DNA of 64,000 nt from Octopus vulgaris (Eukaryota): assembly GCA_951406725.2 (NCBI GenBank), contig OX597818.1, positions 47,740,001 to 47,804,000 of the forward strand, given 5' to 3'. The notes beneath the pieces are model-generated. The model made no database searches, was not told the origin of the DNA, and saw only the letters and a list, made by a program, of their open reading frames with translations. Numbering within the stretch: position 1 is the stretch's first letter; each line of letters opens with the position of its first letter. A program made the translations under genes and the position numbers. Below, in pieces: positions 52,663-64,000 of this stretch.

Positions 52663-53056
52663 GCGCAGGAGTGGCTGTGTGGTAAGTAGCTTGTTTACCA
52701 ACCACATGGTTCCGGGTTCTGTCCCACTGCGTGGCACCTTGGGCAAGTGTCTTCTACTATTGCCTCGGGCCGACCAAAGCCTTGTGAGTGGATTTGGTAG
52801 ACGGAAACTGAGAAGAAGCCCGTCGTATATATGTATATATATATGCGTGTGTGTATTTGTGTGTCTGTGTTTGTCCCAATGACAACCGATGTTGGTGTGT
52901 TTATGTCCCCGTTACTTAGCGGTTCGGCAAAAGAGACCGATAGAATAAGTACTGGGCTTACAAAAGAATAAGTCCCGGGGTCGAGTTGCTCGATTAAAGG
53001 CGGTGCTCCAGCATGGCCGCAGTCAAATGACTGAAACAAGTAAAAGAGTAAAGAGT
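52662..53056 (+). mobile_element. SINE family A
   Basis: Full length, between (TA)n tracts. Confidence 0.9.
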
Positions 53057-53070
53057 ATATAAATAAATAA

Positions 53071-53143
<73 letters not shown>

Positions 53144-53492
53144 TATATATATTATGTGTGTGTGTATGTGTGGGTACATGTATGGCCTTGTGCTTAGAGT
53201 GTTCCACTTACGATCGCAAGATCACGCTTTCGATACCCAGAAAGGCGGTTTCGGTATATTTTTGAGCAAAGAGTTCATTTCATGTAGCTCTAGTCCATTC
53301 AGGTGTAGATGGATAACCCTACCACAGACTGGCGTCCGGTTCGGGGTATTATTGAGCACCCGGGACTAGCCAGCATCATTTGAAGGCACAACAATGTGAG
53401 GAAAGAAATTGAGACCAGCATCCATCTGTTCGATAGTCGGGTCGATACAGTAACACGCACATACGGATCTCTCTCTCTCTCTCTCTCTCTCT

Positions 53493-53523
<31 letters not shown>

Positions 53524-53525
<2 letters not shown>

Positions 53526-53871
53526 CGTGGCCGTGTGGTAAGAAGCGTGCTTAAGAAGCGTACTTACCAACCACATGGTTCCTGGTTCAGTACCATTGCG
53601 TGGGACCTTGGGTAAGTGTCTTTTACTATAGCCTTGGGCCCTCCAAAACCTTGTGAGTGCATTTGGTAGACGGAAACTGAAAGAAGCTCGTCGTATACAT
53701 ATATTTATGTGTGTGTGTCTTTGTGTCTGTGTTGTCCCTCCACCATCGCTTGACAACCGGTGATGATAAGTACTAGGCTTACAAAGGATAAGTCCTGGGG
53801 TCGATTTGTTCGACTAAAAAACTTTAAGGCGGTGCTTCAGCATGGCCGCAGTCAAATGACTGAAACAAGAA
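53524..53871 (+). mobile_element. SINE family A
   Basis: Head, body and tail with an internal deletion. Confidence 0.85.
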
Positions 53872-53895
53872 TACATACATACATACATACATACA

Positions 53896-54162
<267 letters not shown>

Positions 54163-54287
54163 ACTCCCACACACCCACACATATTACACATATATTAACT
54201 TGTGCAAGAACATGTTGACAATGACTTCGAAGTTTCGGCTTGCACCCCTTAATAACTCTGTCTGATGATATATATATGTACTCCAAA

Positions 54288-54500
54288 GAGGCGAGCTGGT
54301 CGAATCGTTACGGCACCGGAAAAAGTAATTATTGGCATTTCTTCTGACTTTACGTTCTAAGTTCAAATGCCGTCGCAGTCGACTTTGCCTTTCATCCTTT
54401 CGGAGGCGTTAAAGTGAGTAATAATTGAACACTTGGGTCAATGTAATCGACTTACTCCCCACTCGAAGTTTGCTGGCCTTGTGCCAAAATTCGAAACCGG
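54288..54500 (+). mobile_element. SINE family B
   Basis: ggcgagctgg head and gactttgcctttcatcctttcgg core. Confidence 0.8.
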
Positions 54501-54722
54501 TATATATATGTACTTTATGTTAGTTTAGTGTTACATTTCCATAAGCATGGCTGTGGGATAACATGCTTGCTTCTCAACCACATGTTTCCGGGTTCAGTTC
54601 CACTGTGTGACACCCTTGGCAAGTCTCTTCTACTATAGCCGCGGATTGACCAAAGCCTTGTGAGTGGATTCGGTAGACGGAAACTGAAAGAAGCCTGTCA
54701 TATACATGTATACACACACACA

Positions 54723-54761
<39 letters not shown>

Positions 54762-54775
54762 ACACACATATAGGT

Positions 54776-55421
54776 GGAGGCGCAATGGCCCAGTGGTTAG
54801 GGTAGCGGACTCGCGGTCGTAGGATCGCAGTTTCGATTCCAAGACAGGGACTGGTGACGAACCCTGTTGTACTCTTTCACCACGACTTTCTCTCAGTCTT
54901 TCTTCCTGTTTCTGTTGTGCCTGTATTTCAAAGGGCCAGCCTTGTTACACTCAGTGTCATGCTGAATATACCCGAGAACTACTTTAAGGGTACACGTGTC
55001 TGTGGAGTGCTCAGCCACTTTCACGTTAATTTTATGAGCAGGCTGTTCCGTTGATCGGATCAACTGGAACCTTCGTCGTCATAACCAACGGATAGCCACG
55101 AACATATATATATATATGTGTGGAGGCGCTATAATGGCCCACTGGTTAGGGCAGCGGACTCGTGGTTGTAGGATCGCGGTTTCGATTCCCAGACTGGGCG
55201 TTGTGAGTGTTTACTGAGCGAAAACACCTAAAGCTCCACGAGGCTCCGGCAGGGAGGTGGTGGGGAACCCTGCCGTACTCTTTCACCAGAACTTTCTCTT
55301 ACTCTTCTCTCTTCTGTTTGCCTGCTCGCTTAGCAAGGCGGGGTGGAGTCATTTGAAGGCTAATAACAATGCGAAGCGCATTGTGACCAGCGATGTTTAG
55401 CAACATCTGATAGCGTGGTCG
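54776..55421 (+). mobile_element. Two adjacent SINE family C copies with the same head and different tails
   Basis: ggaggcgc..atggccc..tggttaggg.agcggactcg..tttcgattccc at 54776 and 55122. Confidence 0.8.
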
Positions 55422-55970
55422 GCTATATATATCTATGTATGTATGTATGTATGTATGTATGTATGTATGTATGTATGTATGTATGTATGTATGTATGTAT
55501 GTATGTATGTATGTGTGTCTCTGTGTCTGTTTGTCACCCCACCACCGCTTGTCAACCAGTGTTGGTGTGTTTACTCCCCGTAACTTTGCGATTCGGCAAA
55601 AAGAGACCTATAGAATAAGTACTAGGCTTCAAAAAATAAGTATTAGGGTCGACTTGTTCGACTACCCTTCCACCTCCCCAAGACGGTGCACCAGTATGGC
55701 TGCAGTCAAAGGACCGAAACAAGTAAAAGGTATATATATAAAAAAACAAAAACAAAAGACGAAGACAGGCGCGGTTTAGAAAACAAACAGATGTATTAGT
55801 ATAACGCTCAGGAATTGAAAAAGTCTTTTACGTTCCGAGCCTACGCTCTTCCACAGAAAGGAACACAGAAAGAAACAAGGAGAGAAAAAAATGTGTGAAG
55901 TGTCTACCATGTATGTATGTTTATATACTGGCAAAAAAATGACCACCCAAAATAGATTTTTGATCGAAAG

Positions 55971-56105
55971 GTTTTGGGATCTGACGATGCGCCATAAAGC
56001 TAAACCCTTTATGGACGGGAAACCTAAGGTATTCCCATAGGTTTTGGGATCTGACGATGCGCCATAAAGCTAAACCCTTTATGGACGGGAAACCTAAGGT
56101 ATTCC
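55971..56105 (+). ncRNA. Tandem 70-bp duplication, each unit a complete HHR
   Basis: tggga t CTGACGA tgcg ccataaag ctaaacc ctttatgg acgg GAAACC TAA GGTA t tccca, twice. Confidence 0.75.
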
Positions 56106-56214
56106 TATAAACCGGCCTTTCCTATTTTTAATATGATAATATAATATAATATAATATAATATAATATAATATCATATTTATATATAATATAATATAATTT
56201 ATATATATATATAA

Positions 56215-56560
56215 ATTTTGGCATTGACTGTTACACCAAAGCCCGAACGGGACGACACTGCATAGTGCCAGCAATGCCATCACGCTTCAGGACCAGTTAC
56301 TGCAACAGCCTGGGTTTCAAGGGCCCGTCTGAGGAATCAGCACAAAGTAGATGTAGGGTTTTTAAAATCAAAGCTGGACCTCTTCCTGTCGAGAGTCCCA
56401 GATGAACCTACCTCACGGCAAGAGGTACAAATGAGGGTAGCTATATCAAACTCCATGCTTCACCAAGTGCCACATATTAGAGGAGGCTCTAAGTAAAAAC
56501 AGTGTAGCCAAACGGCGGTGCATCAGCATGGCCATTGCTCTGAGCTGAAACTAGAGAATA
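56215..56560 (+). mobile_element. CR1/L2-type LINE 3' end
   Basis: YCNSLGFKGP...KSKLDLFLSRVPDEP, with a 3' UTR ending ggcggtgcatcagcatggcc...ctgaaactagagaata. Confidence 0.7.
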
Positions 56561-57187
56561 CACTGGTTCGGTCCTTTATTGTTATTGTTAGCTAATGGGT
56601 TAGTTGCTCCGTTAACCAATTTATCAATCAGCCGTTTTTACTAGTTTTTCAAACTCATGTTAAACATTTTGGTCAAACAGGTAATCGTTCAAATACAAAT
56701 ACGAACTACACACACACACATAGAGGTTATGAGAGGTAATGGTGTCATTGAGACCCAAAGGTATCAGGTAATGCTGAATAAGTGCTATACATAGACCATA
56801 GTTAAGTCCCAGGTTCGGTGATTATGCGAATAAGGGGTTCAACGTAGGTCATATATCCACGTGTGTATATAAAAATTCTTTTTTCATAATGAGATAAAAA
56901 ACCAAGCCTGTGCAGATTTTAGGACATTTATAGATAGAAGGTCTTACATTTGTTTCCAGGAATAGTTAATTTAGATAAGATACGAAATAGAGAGTGAAGT
57001 GGAGGAATGAAAATTGATGTGAGATATGTAGGAATATTGTATTTGTAGATCCATTATTTAGGCAGAATGGTATACATATAAGATTCCAATACCTTATGAG
57101 TAAAATCCAATAGTATTTAAAATTGATCATTCCAAGGATAGAGTTTATACACAATGTTATTGAATCAAGGGTTTTATTTAAAGTGAC

Positions 57188-57240
<53 letters not shown>

Positions 57241-57509
57241 ATTATTATTTGAGGGAATATTATTCCTAACTTACAGGGAAAAATTCAATTTAGAAATACT
57301 AAATCAAATTTCACAAAATATAATATATATATATATAAAAATGAGAAAAAACTCCCACCTTTTATCAATTCAAAATGAACAATTAACTTATACCATCTAG
57401 AAAATTACATATAATAGAAATATTAAAATTAAAATAACATTAATATACCGATGATTAAGTAAATTGCAAAATAATAATAAAAACGTAATTTATATAAATA
57501 TATATATAC

Positions 57510-57542
<33 letters not shown>

Positions 57543-57786
57543 TGTATAGGCTTATAAGGCCGGCTTCTTGGATTCTTGACGGGACGCCGGGTCATCGCAG
57601 TATTACTCAAGTTGTTACCAAAGTGAACTGGACCAAAGTAAAATGAAGTGTCTTGCTCAAGAATGGAACGCATCGCCTGGTACAGGAATCGAAATCACAA
57701 CCTAATGATCATGAGTGCAACCACTTCAACCACTAAGTCTCGCACCTTCACACACGCATCAACCCATATTATATATAAACATATGC

Positions 57787-57880
<94 letters not shown>

Positions 57881-58011
57881 GTATATATATATATACATAT
57901 ATGTATATATATGTATATATATATATATATATTTACATATACACATATATATACGTTTATATATACATACATACACACATACATACATGCATACGTACAT
58001 AATATGAGGTA

Positions 58012-58169
58012 CAGGTATGGTTGTGTGGTAAAAAGCTTACTTCCCAACAACACGGTTCCGGGTTCAGTCCCACTGCGTGGTACCTTGGGCAAGTGTCTTT
58101 TATTATAGCCTCAAGGTAGCCAAAGCCCTGTGAGTGGATTTGGTGGAGGGAAACTAAAAGAAGCTTGTC

Positions 58170-58219
<50 letters not shown>

Positions 58220-58449
58220 CTATGTATGTGTGTATTTTTGTCTGTGTTTCTCCCCCCCCCGCATCACCGCGTGACAACCGGTGTTATGGTGTTTACGTTC
58301 CTGTAAATTATCAATTCGGCAAAAGCGACCGACAGAATAAGTATCAAGTTTAAAAAGAATAAGTCCTGGGGTCGATTTGTTCGACTAAAACCCTTCAACG
58401 CGGTGCTCCAGCATGGCTGCAGTCAAATGACTGAAACAAATAAAAGAAT
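58012..58449 (+). mobile_element. SINE family A
   Basis: Head, (TG)n and tail present. Confidence 0.85.
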
Positions 58450-58505
58450 ATGTCTGTCTATCTGTCTGTATGTATATGTGTGTGTATATATACACACACA
58501 TACAT

Positions 58506-58620
<115 letters not shown>

Positions 58621-58736
58621 TATACATGTGTGTGTGTATATATATAAATATATGTATGTGTATATATATAAATATATATATACGTAGATAGATAGATAGA
58701 TAGATACATACATACATACATACATACATACGTACA

Positions 58737-58770
<34 letters not shown>

Positions 58771-59151
58771 CGTACATAGAGAGGATAACAAAGTGAGTTG
58801 GCAGAGTTATGAGGGCGTCGAATATAGTGCTGTGCAATATTCGTTCAAATCTCTCCGTTCTGTGTTCTAATCCAATGGAGAGCAACATGCCCTTCATCCA
58901 TTTGGAGAGGTTAATAAATAGTGTACCAGTCCATTTTTTGTTTCGATCTCCTTTGTTCTCTCTCTTTATTATTTTCTTTCAAGAAGAAATCACTTCTATC
59001 CATTCACATGCCTGGATGGAGGGGCCTGGATGGAGAGGTGTATACCAACTTTAAAAAAATGCCCAAAATACTCGCTGTGTCATGGCGGCGCTCCTACAAT
59101 AGCACCAGGAGTTGAGGGCCTAAAATATATACATACATAAATATGCACACA

Positions 59152-59225
<74 letters not shown>

Positions 59226-59296
59226 TATATATGTATATATATATGTGTGTGTGTGTATACATCCATCTATCTATCCATACATGTATGTCTATATCA

Positions 59297-59341
<45 letters not shown>

Positions 59342-59377
59342 TATATGTATATATACATATATGTATATATATATATA

Positions 59378-59431
<54 letters not shown>

Positions 59432-59523
59432 TGTATATACACATATGTGTATATATACATCTCTCTATATATATACAGACAGATAAATAAATATATACAT
59501 ATAAATACATACATGTCTGACTG

Positions 59524-59578
<55 letters not shown>

Positions 59579-59756
59579 GTGTGAGTGTGTTTGTGTCTAT
59601 GTGTGTGTTTGTGTGTGTGAATATGTGTGTGTGTGTATTGAGTGTATTCTTATGAGGATAAAGTAATACATTATGTATGTATGGAAGAAGAAGAAGCAGT
59701 CTGTAGTATTAGAAGATGAATATTGGTAAATAAATAAAAAACATAAGCGACCTTAC

Positions 59757-59890
59757 CTGTCTGATGATGCTGGTGATCTGGTTTGGCGGCTTCAGGTAGA
59801 TAAGTTGTTGATTAAGCATAGATTGGCTATCTATCACTGTGCCAACCGATGTCTGTGTAGACTTTGTTTGTGCTGGCAGGCGGCATGGGT
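59757..59890 (-). other. Candidate upstream (5' UTR) exon of the minus-strand gene
   Basis: Unique GC-richer island among microsatellites ending in a strong CAG|GTAAGG donor; its 5' boundary is unknown. Confidence 0.35.
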
Positions 59891-59954
59891 GTATGTGTAT
59901 CTATAAGCGTGGCTATGTAGGTGCATATATATCATAAGCATATGTGTGCGTGTG

Positions 59955-60023
<69 letters not shown>

Positions 60024-60206
60024 ATGTATAACTACTGTTTGTTTCTAAATAAGCGACTGTAAACACAAAACTACTTTCGCTGTGGAGAAATTTCCCTTAC
60101 GTTAACACACGTCTGCATCACTCATTCCACTGATCCGCGAATAAGTTTTTCTGTTTCATATAATAATACGTATTCATACGTACGTCCACTTATAAATATA
60201 TACTGG

Positions 60207-60245
<39 letters not shown>

Positions 60246-60655
60246 CTATATATATACGCGCATATACATATGCATATATATGTATGTATGTGTGTGGGTA
60301 TATGTGAAAGTGGTGAGGGTGGATGGAAGGGTAAATCTTTGCATATGAATTTGTATTTTTATGAATTGGCTGATAACCGTTTAAATTAATCGACTATAGA
60401 AGTTTTGAAGTGTGTGTATATGTATATATATATATATATATATATGTTTGTATATATTTATATGAACATCTAATTTTCGACTGTCCTGTTTATCGCAGTT
60501 GCTTTCGCTTTCGCTTTTGTTTTTGAAATTACCAGATGTTTCATCATTAGTGTACTTACTGTGGGTGTAAACAAACAAAACGAAAACAAAAAAACATAAA
60601 TAAATAAATGCTGAAAAAGTAAACTGAGCTGATAAAAAAAAGAAAAGAAACGAAT

Positions 60656-60701
<46 letters not shown>

Positions 60702-60968
60702 GGAGAGAGAAAGAAGCAACGTGGGAACGAATAAATAAAATACGACGAACAAATTTAAAAGGTTAACTAAAAACAACAATGAAAACTCCCTCGCTTTCGA
60801 CTTCATAAATTTCTTTCTTCTAAACGGATTTTTGTAAAACATCACAGATGTCAGTTTTTCGGGGGGCGGGGCAAAAGTTCAGGCGTGGGAGGTTATTGAA
60901 GTAAAGCAGAAAGCAAAACAAAATGTTGTTTGTCCCGTATGGTATATAAGGCTATTTATCACATCTCC

Positions 60969-61021
<53 letters not shown>

Positions 61022-61327
61022 GGGAAAAAGTGTTTCCTTCCTGTTCTCTTTCGATTTTCTCATACAAATACATGCGGCTTCAGATTTAGGAGAAAAGGGA
61101 TTGGGGATATTTCAGTATTTACAGGTTTGTGGGGGGGGGGGGGAATTAATCGATATATGATTACTTTGTGGTCAAGAATTCCACTTCGCAGCAACGCGGT
61201 TCCGGGTTCGACCCCAGCTTACGCTATCTCAGCTAAGTGTTTTCTACCGCAAGCTTAGATTGACCAATACAATGTAGATTGAATTTGGAAGATGAGAACT
61301 ATGTAGGAGCCGACCCTATGTCCAATT

Positions 61328-61497
61328 ACCGCATTTTCACGTGTATAAGGAAGCCCCTAATTTTGGGGGCTTAAAATTTGGAAAAAGATGTTTTGTAAGG
61401 GATTATAATACTATCTATATATAAGAAACTCTCATATTTTTTAAACCCAATTTTTGATAAAGAAAAAGGGTCCCTTATATACGTTAAAATACGGCAG
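61328..61497. mobile_element. Tigger/pogo-like MITE
   Basis: taccgcattttcacgtgtataagg / ccttatatacgttaaaatacggca imperfect TIRs. Confidence 0.6.
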
Positions 61498-61666
61498 TAA
61501 CCGTGTCTAGATCTCACAGTTCGATTCTGAAGAAAATCAAAGAAAAGTAAAGAAAAATGGAAGAATAAATAGGGAAATAGTTTTCGACAACAAGAATTAA
61601 AACAGGTTGAGGAGCTGCTCGCAACGGTAAATTAATATAGGGCAAAGAGAGTGGAGTAGACCCTAG

Positions 61667-61704
<38 letters not shown>

Positions 61705-61811
61705 ACTACACTTTACTCATTCCAAGAATATATGGACTTTTATGTTAAAGTCATGTAAATTGTGGAAACGCGTTTAGCGATGTATTAAATATTCATAAAT
61801 TCCAGTTTAGA

Positions 61812-61850
<39 letters not shown>

Positions 61851-61868
61851 ATTATATTATTATTATTA

Positions 61869-61940
<72 letters not shown>

Positions 61941-62234
61941 CTTAAAGAATGTAGTTGCGTAAAGCCGGAACAATACGAGAAGGTACAAAGTAAACTACAA
62001 AATGTAAAGAAAACAGAATAAAGCTGCAGTGTTACCTTGTATTTTTATATTTCGGGGTGAAGTCCCCTTCTTCAGGTTATTTGGAAAAGCGAGTGTCCTG
62101 AAGAAGGGTTCTTCACCCAGAAATATAGAAATACAAGATAAAACTGGAACTTTGTTCTGTTGTCTTTATATTTTGTAGTTTATATTTTGTATCCTCTCGC
62201 ATAATTCTGGCTTTACACAACTACATGCTTTAAA
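61941..62234. mobile_element. Fold-back with a minimal HHR core at the inner end of each arm
   Basis: Arms 61941-62076 and 62097-62234; CTGAAGA a gggt tcttc accc a GAAATAT A gaaatac. Confidence 0.7.
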
Positions 62235-62459
62235 GTTATATCTCACAATACTTCACAAAAACTACTTTACACACATAAGGAATTAGTAAGATCCAATATG
62301 ACCACGAAACAAGACGGTTGGTTGGCCTCAAGCAGAGATAAGGCTTGAATAAATAACACAAAGTATTCGATAATCGATCCATATTGTTTATTCATCAACT
62401 TATACAAATCCACTTCTTCCCAGATCAATTTAAATAAAAATTGCAATAAGATGACCGCC

Positions 62460-62599
62460 ATCTCAGCTGCACAAAGACATAGAAGTTGATTAAATTAGAA
62501 CAGAATAGAATTGATGTAATTATTGCATTGTTCAATTAAATGGAGTTACATGAAACGATCGTACTGCATTACCTCTGGATATCCTTGTTGCTTATTTTG

Positions 62600-62601
<2 letters not shown>
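62460..62601. mobile_element. Third fragment of the 2038-3330 PLE terminal family, internally inverted
   Basis: tctcagctgcacaaag (reverse) joined to attgatgtaat...GAAACGATCGTActgca (forward). Confidence 0.6.
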
Positions 62602-62669
<68 letters not shown>

Positions 62670-62680
62670 ATGTATATGTA

Positions 62681-62737
<57 letters not shown>

Positions 62738-62756
62738 GTATATGTATATGTATATG

Positions 62757-62835
<79 letters not shown>

Positions 62836-64000
62836 TATATACATATCAGCAGACTTACTGTGTAGTTAAGATGTTCGCTTTGCAACAATGTGGTTTTGGG
62901 TTCAATCGCACGACGCAGTATCTTGGGAAAGTATCTTCTACTATAGCTCCGGACCGACCAATGAATTGTAAATGAATTTTGTCAATGGAAACTGTGTGGG
63001 AGCCCGTCATATGTGTGTATGTGTATGTATATATATATATGTGTGTGTGTGTGTGTAATGAATTCTCAGAAGCAGGGAAAAGAAACATGAAATTGGTATG
63101 TGTGGCATTTAAACCCTGAACGTAGACGAACGGAATTAGACGTTAATCCGACATGCCATTGTTACTAAGCAACCCTTGAACGTGATATTATGAATCATTT
63201 AAGGTGGTCGATTGACGGAATCGTTTGGGCGTCGAACAAACTGTTTTGCGGTCTTTTTGGTACTGTTGCTGATGTTCTGATATCAAATCCCATCGATGTG
63301 AAATTTGGCGTTAATTACTTCAGGGTTTGATGAAACAAAGCATCCGTTCAAGTACGGAGGTCGATGATATCGACTAGCCCCTCCCCTCAAAACAGCTGGT
63401 CTTGTGCTGCCTAAGATAGAAGATAATTGTTATAAATCAGCTTAGTTTAACTTACAAAGACTCACAAAGAGTGACAAAGAGAAAATATGAAAAATAAAAA
63501 TAATCAATATCTTGCTCGGAACTCGCGCCTATAACTAATGAGAGATCAACTTTCAATGTGTCCAACTTACACACACACAAACACACACACACACACACAC
63601 ACATACACACGCACACACAAATGTATATATGCACGCGTACACATACACTCGTCATTCCTTTAAGAAAACATCTTAAACGTCTTGGGTGATAACTCCCGCC
63701 ACAACCTATCCCCCCCCCAATACTAGATAACTACCAGGAATTTTATTGGTGGGATGCCAGTGATCTTGGAACACTAGCTTGGAGGGGCAAGAGTCAGGCC
63801 CCCTGGCAAATATACGGAAAACTATTACGGTATCAAATATCATAGAATCCACTGAATGCGGAAAACTGCTTTTCAGTGATAAGTGTTTAAACGCCTCACT
63901 GTTGCACACACACACACACACACACACGCACGCAATCGTATTTTCTGTAATTCATCAATATATTTTTGAAATGGTTCCGTGACTCCTCGCAAATATTTCT

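Noticed and set aside
54776-54845. Functional tRNA genes (also at 55122, 40117 and the family A/B heads)
   Set aside because: They continue into SINE bodies, and I could not close an acceptor stem.

Overview
AT-rich, microsatellite-saturated animal DNA. The SINE repertoire points to a coleoid cephalopod, most likely Octopus (an inference). The only host gene I can support is a minus-strand secreted neuropeptide-type precursor that the ORF track splits. Coding exon 1 (8274-8457, signal peptide, GTAAGT donor) splices in phase 1 to a terminal exon (743-900). The product is a 113-aa protein with an RAPR furin-type site and a C-terminal ...RRLLEA-GK* amidation signal. A candidate 5' exon lies near 59757. 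The rest of the window is mobile DNA: three tRNA-headed SINE families; CR1/L2, RTE and RLE-type LINE fragments; Penelope-like element (PLE) RT and GIY-YIG fragments; a head-to-tail Helitron dimer with a nested Helitron; mariner, rosa, Tigger and hAT relics; and a MITE carrying TTAGGG repeats. The most striking hidden layer is about 20 type I hammerhead ribozyme (HHR) motifs. Many sit in long fold-back inverted repeats beside (TA)n tracts, some have 55-76 nt stem II extensions, one family has a non-canonical core, and one is a 70-bp tandem dimer that could release a 70-nt circular RNA. All structures were read by eye; none was computed or searched.
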